Below, in pieces: positions 1 through 12,205 of a stretch of 64,000 nucleotides of DNA. The DNA comes from Octopus sinensis (taxonomy: Eukaryota), in contig NC_043000.1 in assembly GCF_006345805.1 (NCBI RefSeq), positions 159,898,001 through 159,962,000 of the forward strand, read 5' to 3'. A program made the position numbers and the translations under genes. The notes beneath the pieces are model-generated. The model had not been told where the DNA came from and made no database searches. It saw nothing but the letters and a program-made list of their open reading frames with translations. Each line of letters opens with the position of its first letter. Position 1 is the first letter of the stretch.

Positions 1-364
1 GTCTATAGGGAACTGTTTCAACTGTTGTTGTTGTTGTAGTTACTGAGAATCATATTGCTGGTGATGATCCCAGTTGAAAAAAAAAAATATAGCAGAAGTT
101 ATCGATAAAGCGTAAACCTTAATTTTTATTATAGAAAAAATAATTAGTTTTTGCTCTAAAACCACTTAAAAAGACCTTTTTGGGCTTTTTAGAATCCCAA
201 AGCTATAATTTTTTGTTCTTTTGCTTTAGAGTTAAAAAATGCTGATTTTATAGTTTTAACTTTTAAAAGACCTAAAAAAGACTGATTTCCTAAGTTTTTT
301 TTTAGGTTTTTAAAGGCTTTTAGAGCTACGAAGGGGTAAAAAGAATGCAGTTTTCAAGAGAACC

Positions 365-560
365 TACAGGGCTGCCGTGGCCAAGGCACGTGCCCTCTGG
401 AACCAGCAAGATCGCAGTAGTGTGACAGCAGACAGGATCTACACTGTGGTGGGGAAGAGGCTGGTGGTTCCCAACATGGCGTGGTTCAACTCCACCTCTG
501 TCTCTGTGCGCATGCTAATTTTTATGAAGGACAACATGCATCTCAAGAGCAAAATGGAGA
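365..560 (+). pseudogene. Probable hAT-family transposase remnant
   Basis: Translation KARALWNQQDRSSVTADRIYTVVGKRLVVPNMAWFNSTSVSVRML resembles the hAT segment ending in 'PNxTRWNST'. Recognised by motif only. Confidence 0.45.
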
Positions 561-640
561 ACGAGAGCAACAAAAAATTAATTATGCATACATTATGTTT
601 TTCATTTAAAAAGAAATGTTTACGGTCACTTTATTATTTT

Positions 641-999
641 ATTCTTTTACTTGTTTCAGTCCTTTGACTGCGGCCATGCTGGTGCACCGCCTTTTAGTCG
701 AGCAAATCGAACCCTAGTACTTATTCTATAGGTCACTTTTGCCGAGCCGCTAAGCTACGGGGACAGAAACACACCAGCATCGGTTGTCAAGCGATGTTGG
801 GGTGACAAACACAGACACACAAACACATATACATACATATACGACGGGCTTATTCCAGTTTCTGTCTACCAAATCAGCTCACAAGGCTTTGGTCGGCCCG
901 AGGCTATAGTAGAAGACACTTGCCCAACGTGCCACGCAGTGGAACTGAACCCAAAACCATGTGGTTGGTAAGCAAACTACTTACCACACAGCCACTCCT
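641..999 (-). mobile_element. tRNA-derived SINE, family A
   Basis: Minus-strand head AGGAGTGGCTGTGTGG (A box) ... GGGTTCAGTTCC (B box), central TG/TA microsatellite, 3' tail GGCGGTGCACCAGCATGGCCGCAGTCAAAGGACTGAAACAAGTAAAAGA. Related copies at 30.4, 42.7 and 45.6 kb. Confidence 0.9.
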
Positions 1000-1349
1000 A
1001 TTTATCAATAAACCTTTTTAGTTTAATGCTAATATTGTTTTATTTATTTTTTAATATCTTTTCCTGGCTCTAAATGCATGTAAAAACCTTTAAAAGGTTT
1101 AAATTATGAAATAGCCCTGTTAATCACCATGTTAATACTAATTGAGCAGGTGTATGTCCAAATATCTTCTACTCGTGCCCATTCTATCTTTTATTTCGCC
1201 TGACATTTTGTACCTAGGATAATATTATTCAGTGTGTCTTTTTATACAAGGTGTGATTTTGTAAAGACATTACTAATATTTTTACATATTTAGCAGTGTG
1301 AGCCACAGTGAATAATCTTATTGTATCATTATCATATAATATTCTTTGA

Positions 1350-2395
1350 AAGGGTGAGCTTTCAGAATCTTTACCATAAAGTTTGAAGTCATCCATGAAT
1401 AACAAATGGTTCACTTTTTGTTGGCGGCTTTTGAATACATACCCAGCTTTTGCTTTGCTCAGAATCAGTGTTAACGGTATCAAGCACAGTACTAAGACCA
1501 GTGGGGACAGACTGTCCCTTTGGAAGATGACCCTCCTAATTTCTACTGTCCTTAAGCTTCTTCCGTATGCCGTCAGGTCCCTCCTCCAATTCTTTTTGGA
1601 TGATGCGCTCTACATTCGATGCAATACCAAATAGGTTCATACACTCCATACTCCAAGAATGTGGGATCATATCGTACGCCTTATAATAGTCTATCCATGA
1701 CATGAATAAGTTACTTTTCCTCCTCTTGCAGTCTCTAAGTACAGTTTTGTCTATCAGGAGTTGATCCTTGGTATCTCTGCACTTACGCTGGCAACACTTC
1801 TGCTCATGTTGCAGGACTCCATTTTTTTCCCAGATGTTTGTACATTGACTCTTCGACTATTCCACTCAATAACTTCCACATAAGTGACAAACAGGATATC
1901 GGCCTGTAATTGTCTACCGTATTACCCTTTTCAATGTTTTTCAGGCAAAGCACTGTCCTACCTAATGTCAACCACTCTGGTGTTATTTGGTCGGCATTTA
2001 ACAAGGTGTTGAGTTCATATTTTTTGATCCAGTAGCCTTGAAATTCATCTGGTCCCGGGGCCTTCCGGTTGCTCATTTTTTTGCTGATATCCTTCACTTC
2101 CTTAACTGAAATGACTAGTTCTGCCTGTTTTTGACAGACTACTGTTTGTTTCAGTTCTTGCAACCATTCAGAATCCTTCTTGTTCTCTTTGTCTTTGCTC
2201 CAGATGTAACTCCAAAATCTTTAACTTTCAATGTTATCTGATATCAACATTTCATCTGTACACTGTCCATTTATTTCTTTATAGAATCTCTTCTGATCTA
2301 CTCTGAATAACCTATTCTGGTGGTAACCCTTCATTCTTTGGTCGTATCTTACCATCTTTGCTTTCTTTGCAACGAGGTGCTATTTCTGTTTTAGT
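1350..2395 (-). mobile_element. R4/Dong-clade non-LTR retrotransposon fragment (RT region, frameshifted)
   Basis: Motifs [69 protein letters not shown] and VNHLLFMDDFKLYGK are typical of R4/Dong RTs. Confidence 0.8.
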
Positions 2396-2398
2396 TCC

Positions 2399-2403
2399 TA
2401 TTA

Positions 2404-2434
<31 letters not shown>

Positions 2435-2690
2435 CATCATTATTATTATTAGTAGTAGTAGTAGTAGTAGCAGTAGTAGTAGTAGTAGTAGTAACTGCGG
2501 AGCAGCAGCAGCAGTAAAAGTAGTAGTATTTGTAGTAGAAGGAGTAGTAGTAGTAGAAGTGGTGGTGGTGGCGATGGTTGTGGTGTTGTTGTTGTTTTTG
2601 TTGTTGTTGTTGGTGGTGTTGGTGGTGGTGATGGTGATGATAGTGGTGTTGGTGGTGGTTGTTTTGGTTATGGTGGTGGTGATAATACTA
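2399..2690. repeat. Compound trinucleotide microsatellite (ATT)n-(AGT)n-(GGT/GTT)n
   Basis: Read directly from the sequence. It produces the spurious low-complexity ORFs 2312..2701 and 2358..2714. Confidence 0.95.
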
Positions 2691-3193
2691 CAGTGGAACA
2701 AGAATGAGAATTAGGATTAGAAAAACGAAGTATACAAACATTAATAGTCATAGCATTAGCAGCGGTATTAGACGCTGTATTAGTAGTAGTAGTTTATCTA
2801 AGAAATACCGAGTAAGTAGAATATTAAGGAAGGTGTTAGCTGTTGTGCAATTCGTCTTTTTAAAGAATACAAAAGCCAAAATAAAACAACGTAACGATTA
2901 TGTTTAAGAGCCGTCAAAAACAAATATTTTAGACGTATCTTCTAATGTAGAGTTTGACAGCGACAGTTAATAACATATGAATAAGAAAAGAATATCTTTA
3001 TATCTATGAATAAAGAAATCTATAAATAATATAGTACTTCGAAATATTTGAGTGTCTGTGTAAATACTTAGGTAGAAAGACGTACGCTGACAAATACTTA
3101 TATGCATACATATGTTTATACATACATACATATACACATAAACACATGTGTGTATATAAATATTTATGTGTATTTACGTATGAATAAATAAGC

Positions 3194-3224
<31 letters not shown>

Positions 3225-3252
3225 CTTAATTCCATCTGTTTACGTATATGGG

Positions 3253-3316
<64 letters not shown>

Positions 3317-3654
3317 CCTACCTACCTACCTACATACCTATCTATCTATTTCTACGTACAATCAGATATGTTGATACATGTGTATGTGCGTGTGTGAAAT
3401 GTTGATCAGTTCTTTCTTAGTTCCAAGACATATTCAGCATTCTGAGACTCGAATATATTTTGCATTGATGAGAGGTTTCGAATACCAGATGAATTTCACT
3501 TATTTCTCTATGTCCCTCTTTCTTAGTCCATTCATCCTTGCAATAACGTATAGTAATGCATTTCTATCTCGGCCACTGTATAGATATATACATACATACA
3601 TATATACACACACACATATACATCTATATATTCACCATGTTAGATCGCTAGCCA

Positions 3655-3815
3655 CTACACGTTCCTTATTTTCTCTCTTTGTTTCTTTCTGTGTTCCTTT
3701 CTGTTAAAGAGCGTAGGCTCGAAACGTTAAAGACTTTTTCACTTCCTGAGCATTAAACTAATACATCTGTTTGTTGTCTACACCACTTGTCTTCGTCTTT
3801 TTTTTGCATTCTTCC
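3655..3815 (+). mobile_element. Penelope-type terminal repeat fragment with degenerate minimal hammerhead-like motif
   Basis: CTTT-CTGTTAA-A-GAGC-GTAG-GCTC-GAAA-CGT-T-AAAG (3697-3732). The downstream part matches 48998-49075 in reverse. Confidence 0.55.
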
Positions 3816-3981
3816 TATATATTATACATACGTACATATAATAAATTATATATAGACTACCGTGTGCAAAGTGTTACCAAAAAGGAAAACTATAATCATC
3901 ACTAAATATGACTAGGGTGTTAGAACGCCTACATTGCAAGAAATAAGCGCTAAAAATCTCTAATGCTGTGGTTAAAGAACA

Positions 3982-4047
<66 letters not shown>

Positions 4048-5234
4048 GTATATATATGTGTGTGTGTGTCAGATAAAAAAAGATAACGTAAATAATTTAG
4101 ATATTATAATAAGACAATAAATATATATATATATTTATATTAACATTAAATAATTCAATAAAATTTAACAATATTAATGTAAAACAAAAACATGACTTAT
4201 CTTATTGATTAAAACCAGTTAAAAGAAATTTTAAACTCTAAACTTACTATATATATATTCGTAAAGAGTGCGGAAGTACATACATGCATACTTGAACATG
4301 AAATACTGGGTGAAATTTGAATTCCTTGAAAGTACGTTTCAAAATTTCGCACTCTTAGTGTAATTTCGGAGACGAGAGTCTGCTTACATTTGCCTGAAAT
4401 CTGAAATCTAGAGCTGCAAACTATATCAGCAAATAGAATTTTATTTGCTCGTCCTTATGAATATTTTATCGGGTACTGTAAGATTTGCATTCCCGAATAT
4501 TAGGAAACATCTTTTTCGGTTTTCCCTTTTGTTAAACATCTATTCAGTGTTGATATCTACATACATACATAAGCACTCATAAATTTCAAACCGTTTGTCA
4601 GACCAGATATTAGAAAATTCTCAGAGTGATTTTACTGTATCAAAGTTTGTGTTTTTGAATAAAAGCTATTTGAATAAAAGTTGTTTCAAATACGAATCTC
4701 GTATTTTATTGTATAAGGACCAAGCTCATTATAAAAATTTGCTGAATAACTAAAGAAACGAAGTATATACCAATATTTGAAATCACCCTTTTTAGATCAT
4801 TCTATCAGGTACACAGTTGAGAATATGGTCTCTTTCGTTCCAGTTTCTTATTTAATTATTTCTCCCATTCTACTTTTATTTCGCTCATTACATTTTAAAC
4901 GGCAACAGGCATTGTTAATCAAATATTTCATCACGTATAAATAGGTATTTACTGCGTATTACTCTCAGTACGCCCCACCTTGAATATATAGATATATACA
5001 TTCAGCCACACATATATATATATATATTGTTTATATTTTAGGATGGACATTTTTTTTGCCAAATAAACACACGCACTATATATTAGTTCTTCACTTGTTT
5101 ATTACTATTCTTATTTTATGTCCATTGTCTGGAAATTTTGTTGTCGTACACCTGTGACCTCTTCAATGATTTTGCATCCCACATGTCTCCTGTTCCGTTT
5201 AATTCACTTTCTATGTCTTTCTATGGTGCATATC

Positions 5235-6106
5235 ATTATCTGCGCATACATTTGCGTCTGTGTGCGTGCGTGCGTGTGCACGTGCCTGTGTGTGTACCCA
5301 TCTCTATGTGTTTTGTATGTGTGTTTGTATGTGTTTATGGGTTTGCTTACTATACTCTTTGTATCCGTGACTTTTATTCATTTCTTTATTATCATTGATT
5401 TATTTATTTTTTCATTTACTTATTTATCGCTGTATTATTTCTTTTTCCCATTTCATTTTAACCATGTGTACGAGTGTCTTTTGTGTGTGTACAGGGGTTC
5501 ACGCATTATGCTGTTTGTATCTGTGTCTCATATGTTTTCTCCCATTAGATCTTTACTCATCATGTTGTGTAGTGTTGTGGCGGAGGGTGTTATTGTTCCA
5601 TTAAGATTTTCTGTCGAATCACAGTGTGTCTATTACTATGTGTCTATTAGCCTGAGGATTCGTCCTATTGTAAGACTAGGAATGTATTCTGTAGCATACG
5701 GTGTACTGAGGGGAGGTGCAGAAAAAGACAACAACTTACAATGGTGAGACGGCACGTAGTATAGGGAGGCGGATACATGTATACTGGCGGATATTGAAAG
5801 AGGAGAAACTCTCGTCGGTGCTGTGCTAACACGCTGAATTAGAATATTGAGTGTCGATTAATAACATAGATGTTAAGTTACTATCAAGGCATAAAACAGA
5901 CGTGACACTTAGATTACAAAGGATAAATACGTAAATGAATGACCTGAATAAAGAAATAAATACAAAATATTTAAATATATAAAGGGTACGGATACAATAG
6001 GTATAGGAAGCAAACTCATATACACACGCAAAACACTCATACAAAACATAGAAAAGCGCAAACAGACACGCACAGATACAGACGCAAATTCGTGCGCAGA
6101 TAAGGA
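5235..6106. repeat. Diverged inverted repeat pair (~180 bp arms), possible old foldback/MITE element
   Basis: 5235-5420 (TTATCTGCGCATACATTTGCGTCTGT...TTGTATCCGT) aligns with the reverse complement of 5930-6106 (ACGGATACAA...CAGACGCAAATTCGTGCGCAGATAA). Confidence 0.6.
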
Positions 6107-6125
6107 TACACACCCGGAGACTCTG

Positions 6126-6453
6126 TTCGATCACGAATGACCATGGGATTGCACCTAGAAAGTAACCCTCCGAGGCACAAGTCCCGCCAAGTTAGTTTAT
6201 GGAAGGCCAGCAGACGCCCATGCATACCAGACTCCCCTCTCCACGCCACCGATGTTATCCAAGGGGAAGGCAAGAGCCAGATGCAGCTTGTCACCTGTGA
6301 CGTCACAACTCATTTCTACAGCTGAGTGAACTGGAGCGACGTGAAATAAAGTGTCTTGTTCAAGTACACAACACGCATCCCGGTCCGGGATTCGGACTCA
6401 CAATCTCACGGTCGTAAATTCGGCGCTGTAACCGCTGAGCCATGCGCCTTCAC
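6126..6453 (-). mobile_element. tRNA-derived CORE-type SINE, family B
   Basis: Minus-strand head GTGAAGGCGCATGGCTCAGCGG...GAGTCCGAATCC, then CORE-like TGTGTACTTGAACAAGACACTTTATTTCACGTCGCTCCAGTTCACTCAGCTGTAGAAATGAG. The tail is shared with 59555-59605. Confidence 0.8.
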
Positions 6454-6791
6454 GGATACACACTATAGAAAGACATAATGGACTAAACAGAACAGCTGGA
6501 GACACGTGGGATGGAAAGTAAAGTCTGTATATCAATGGTTTCATAGCAGCATAGAACTTCTACGTTGAGTCTCATCTCCTATGAAATCTGACGTTGTGTC
6601 ACAGGAGTAAAACCGTGACTTGTTTCACAGTCTCAGCCGCTGACTTTAGTAACATACGAACTCCCTACATTATAGGCACTGGATTCTTCGAGCAGACCCG
6701 TATTGTATCTTTCGCACATAAAAAGAGGAAAGAATGGCGAATGTACAAGATTGAACCAAATTGATAACATTGCCTAACTTCGTTTTATTTA

Positions 6792-7188
6792 TCTTTATAT
6801 ATAAAAGTGAGGTTCTGTGCTGTCTGTCTCCTACAATTTAGATTCCTAACTACTCCCACATTTTGAGGTGCAGTTTAACCAAAACCGGGTATCTTATAGT
6901 CGTGATTCATATCGAGCCCTTCTGGGTATTAGCGCACGTCTACGATGAGTCTACGACTTTAAAAAATAATTTACCATCAATTTTTCCCATTTTTAATGCA
7001 TTTTTGGCATATATAAGGGAAGTAACTCTCTAAATATTTATTATTAAATCTCAGAACGTAAAAAGTTACAGTAACACTCCCCCTTTGTGGTTAGCCATAT
7101 TGAGATGGCTATTATACTTTACATCTCTAAAAATGCTTATATAGTTATTTCCCTTACAAACCCGAGCAACGCCGGGCGATACTGCTAG
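6792..7188 (+). mobile_element. Non-autonomous Helitron-like element, copy 1
   Basis: Starts A|TCTTTATATATAAAA. Subterminal hairpin CCCGAGCAACGCCGGG, ends CTAG. Closely similar copy at 39684-40077. Confidence 0.8.
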
Positions 7189-8159
7189 ATTTTTTATATA
7201 TAACAGTTTTTATTTTTCAATCGATTTTAAATTTATATCATACGAGTTTAGTTCTTAGTGTGTTCTTGTTCTTTATCTTTTACAATCTTGACAACCATCG
7301 TCCTAAATATCTGTCTGCATTAATCTCTATTCATCAGCAACTTCATCCATAAGTCTATTTGAATATCCATTGTTTCTTAGCGTTGGCGATATCCCATGAA
7401 ATGCAAGAAGATACAAATGTACGACTAAGTGGTGACTATACTTCTGCGTTTTGTAGCAATGTGAATATTTACTATCACCATGCAGGTATATGCATTTGTG
7501 TTGGAGCTATTCTGTAAACTGAAGTAATTTATGTATATCTTTTAATCCAAATGTTTAAATTTAGAAATAGTCGTATTATTTGTGTGTTGAATTTTGATAA
7601 AGAATTATTCTCCAGTTCCTCCTTTAATGTCTCAATGCTTTTTAATGTGTCTATTACACATTATATATTGTCGCATAAGTAGTGCGTATATTATATATTT
7701 GTGTTTGAATATTATTTGTTTTGTATTGTAGTTAGGTTAACCATGGTAGTTTTGAGCCCGAAGGGAGTACCTACGACTATTGCATTTTGTTTACATGAAC
7801 AGACTTGTGTGCAGCACAGAGCTAATTTCTGAGTATAAGTTACTTGAAGATTTTACTATCATGGTTAGCATTATTTTGTGGTATTTGCTTACATATTTAA
7901 TATAATTTCAATTGTTGGTGGTAGTAAAAAATAAGATAATAGCAAAAATGTCTATATGTAGGATAATTTGGAATATTTCGTTTCTTTCTTCTACGATATT
8001 GAGAAATTCTTTTAATGAAGTGACACTGTAATTCCCTGGTGTATAACTTTAATGGTCTTACCTACTTGTTTATCGAGTTTATGCGTATGTGTATTGCGCA
8101 TTTATTGCGTTATATATGTGTGTGTGTATGTATCTGTCTATCTATCTATAAGTCTCTCT

Positions 8160-8300
<141 letters not shown>

Positions 8301-8985
8301 ATTTATTTATACATATGTATATATATGTATATAGACATATATCTCTTTATCAATCAATCTATCTATCTATTCATCTATCTTTCAAGCAATCATTCAAGCT
8401 ATTTGTCTGTCTGTCTGTCTCTCACTCTATCTCTATCTCTAAATGTATGTATATATACACACATAGATACATACACACATCCATACATACATGCGTACAT
8501 ACATATGTTCATACATACATACATAATACATAAAGAAATACAAATATACATAATACATAAATACGTACATACGTATATCGCAGTGAATGTTTCTCCGTTA
8601 AGACAAATGTATGTTCTAAGTATAAATATAAATTGCTGACTATAGAAAAGGCTGCACAGACGCCAGAACCACTTCAAATCACGAAGATGCGACTGAGATA
8701 GTCGAAAATGGTTCATGAAGATAAAGTCAGTTGATTATTGTTACAAAATCTATGGGAATCTGATGAGCAGACATGAAAAAATCCTTCATAAAAAAGATTA
8801 AATTAAAACCCACATATTTTCAGTACAACGTACACACACACACGCACACACACAGACAAGCACACACGCACACATACACACACGGGCACATACACACACA
8901 GAAGCAGAGACTGAACCACAGACCCACAGATTCACATACATATATGTGTAAATATGTATACATATATAATACAGATATATAATCA

Positions 8986-9055
<70 letters not shown>

Positions 9056-9227
9056 ATCTATCAATCTCTCTCTCTTTAAATATATATATGTATATGTATA
9101 TATGTATATATATGTATATATATATACATGTATATATATATGCATATATATAAATCCTTAAATTCTTAAAAATGTTTTAGCCCGAAGGCCGCGGCCATGC
9201 TGGGGCACCACCGCTGAATGAGCTACA

Positions 9228-12205
9228 CTAGTTTGTGAATCCACCTCTGATACGTGGCACTTGATCAACAAGGGAGTTCGATGCTGCTGCCCGCATCCGT
9301 GTCTCCTGTCGTGAGGTAGGTTCATCTGGGACTCCCAACAAGAAGAGATCCAGTTTAGTTTTAAAGAAACCCACATCCACACCATGTAAGTCTCTCAGGC
9401 ATTTAGGGAGGATGTTAAAGAGCTGTGGTCCTCTGAAACCCAAGCTGTTGCAGTATCTGGACCTGTATTTTGATGGTGATGTTGGAATCCTTGGCACCAC
9501 GCAGCGGCGCCCCGTTCTGCGGTTGGAGTAACTTTGAATGCCAAAGTTTGGGACAAGACCCTCCAGGATTTTCCAGATGTATATCACTGCATATCTCTCC
9601 CGCCTCCGCTCCAGGGAGAAGAGGTTTAATACCTTCAGTCTTTCCCAGTAGCTGACATTTTGCATTGAGACGATTTTCTTTGCGTAGCTTCTCTGAGTTG
9701 CTTCGAGTTCTGCTGTTTGTTTTATATTGTGTGGTGACCAAAGTTGGGAGCAGTAGTCCAAGCGGCTGAGGACAAATGTTTTCCATAGGACCATCAGTGT
9801 CTCCTTCTCTCTTGTTCTGAAAGTTCGGAGAATCCATCCAGCTAGCCGTCTGCATTTTATCACCAGATTTGCAATATGCATTTGGAAAGATGCATCATTG
9901 CTCATGTCAATGCCCAGGTCACGCACTGATTTTGACTCAGGGATTGCAATTCTTCCTGGGCCAGTGTATCCAGTCTTCACGTCATTTACCTTTGTGTGCC
10001 AGTAGCGCAGGGCCTGGAACTTACCTGCATTAAACTGCATGTTGTTGTCCTCAGCCCACCTGTATATTGTGTCCAGCTCATGTTGCAGATGCGCAATATG
10101 TGTCATCTGCATAGCTAGCAAGGGTGGTCATCGTAGCAACTGAAGGCATGTCTGAAAGGGCCACTATGAACATCAGTGGCCCCAAGACAGTGCCCTGTGG
10201 GACACCGCTTGTTATTTGCGTTTCCCTGGAGGTGGCTCCATTGCTCACAACTGCCTGTTTTCTGTCTTTTAGGAAGTTGTGCAGCCACTCTCCAAGTTTC
10301 CCGCCTATGCCGAGACCACGCAGTTTGTGACAGATCATACCATGGTCGACTTTATCAAAGGCTTTTGCAAAGTCAAGATATATTACATCCACATTTGAGC
10401 CATTTAGTAGCTGTTTCAACACCCAGTCATAGTGTTGCAGGAGCTGTATTAGGCAGCCTCTACCTGGTCGAAATCCATGCTGGGTGTCAGACAGTAAGTC
10501 ATTTTCTTCAAGGAACATGATTAGTTTCTTACGGACTATTCGTTCCATGACTTTGCTGATGTGTGAGGTCAGAGAGATAGGCCTATAATTTTTAGCATCT
10601 GCTCTGCTACCTCCCTTATGGATAGGGCATATTACCCCCTCTTTCAGTTTGACTGGGAGCTTACCACTTGCAAGAAAGCTCTGAAAAAGAAGCTGTAGCG
10701 GTTTTGCAAGGGCTCGTTTGCACGACTTGAGAAGGATCGCTGGGAATCCATCAGGTCCAGCAGCTGAGTTTGTGTCAATCTCATCAATGGCTAGTGTGAT
10801 ATCATCTTCTTCGATGTTAATGTACTCAATTTTTGTCTCTTTGGCCGCTGGTAAAGTGGCAAAGAATTCTTCTGGGTTGTTTACTTGCCTGTGTCCTAGA
10901 GGTGTAGTGAACACACTTTGGAACTGTTCGTTCAGTATTTCACTTATCCTCGTGGGATTTCCTGTGAGAGAGCCATCTTTTTGGAAGAGAGGTCTTATTC
11001 TCTGGTGCACTGTGGCTGTCTCTTTGGCAAACTTAAAGAAAGCTTTAGGGTTTGATTTTATATTTTCTATTACCCAAGCTTCTTTATCTGCTCTCTCCTT
11101 TTCATGGGACTGATGTAGACTTTTCTCAGTTTCCATTAGCATTCTTTCGAGCCGAGACTTCTCACCACTTTTGGTGTGCTTGCTCAGGCGGTTTGCAATC
11201 CTTGTCCGTCGTCTCATAAGAATCCTCCTTTCTCTAGGGATCCTGTTTTTGTTCTTGTGTGTGCTGGCCCTGCACATTGGGACATATTTGTCACATATGG
11301 CTTGTATTATGGACATGAAGTGTTTGTGTTTCATGTTTATGTCCGGTGTGGAGAGACATTCAGGCCAATCCTGTTTGAGGATCTCTTTCTCAATCGACTT
11401 CCAGTTGGCTTTATGAAAGTTTAAGTGGAGAGATGGTGGGTGCTTCGTATAGGCTGTGTGTCTGTGGGGGCTTTTGTTCCATACATAGACAGCTCTATTA
11501 TGTTGTGATCCGAGATCATTGTCGGCATCACATTAACATTATGGATAATATCCATATTGTTTGTGAAGCAGAGATCCAGTATATTATCTGCCCTTATTGG
11601 TTGCAGAACTATTTGCTCCATGAAAGAGGCATTTGTGAGATGGAGCAGGGACTCCACCTGTGCCTGCTGATGGTGTGTCATCCCTGGGAGCATCTGCCCC
11701 CAGGCCATTCCACATTGGGGAGGTTAAAGTCACCCATGAAGAATACACTGTTGTGCTGTTCAAGGTTGGTGAGGACTTCTCCTATTTTTGTTAGGCAGTC
11801 TTCAAACATGCCTGAGTGTTTTGGGGCATCTGGTGGGCGATATGTAGTGCATATGACGATATTCAGTTGTCTTATGTGTACAATTTGAGTTTCACATACT
11901 GAGTTTGAATATGATAGCAGGACCTGGGGCGTGAGGTCATCTCGGATGTACATTGCAACTCCACCATGGCTCCTCCCTTTTCTATCTGTGCGTATGACTG
12001 CATATTGCGGCATGTGTATTTCTGCATCACCTATATCGGGTTCAAGATGCGTTTCTGTGAGTGCCATGCATATAGCTTGATTGCATGTCACAAGGTCTCT
12101 CAGGAATGAGATTTTCTTTTTACAGTTTCCGCGCAGCAGCCCTCCTACATTCAGTAGAAATATTTTTGTGGTGTGTGTGTTGGTGTTGGTGTCTGTGGTG
12201 GCCAT
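9228..12205 (-). pseudogene. LINE family 1 ORF2 (APE endonuclease + reverse transcriptase), disrupted
   Basis: APE motifs: LTETHL, RTDRKGRSHGGVAMYI, YRPPD, MGDFNLP, ILDLCFTN, SDHN. RT motifs: NYRPISLTS, QHGFRPGR, YLDFAKAFDKVDH, GVPQGTVLGP, YADDT. C-terminus LDYCSQLWSP...RRRERY...RAAASNSL. Several frameshifts, plus a deletion just after YADDT. Confidence 0.92.

Noticed and set aside
2790-2850. SRILRKVL as an R4/Dong C-terminus
   Set aside because: Only 8 residues, opposite in orientation to the adjacent fragment, and without upstream support.
8755-8790. CTGATGAG...GAAA as a hammerhead
   Set aside because: Stem II cannot pair and there is no consistent stem I/III. Other CTGATGA hits (30132, 41452, 51893, 62251, 63518) also lack a paired stem II followed by GAAA.
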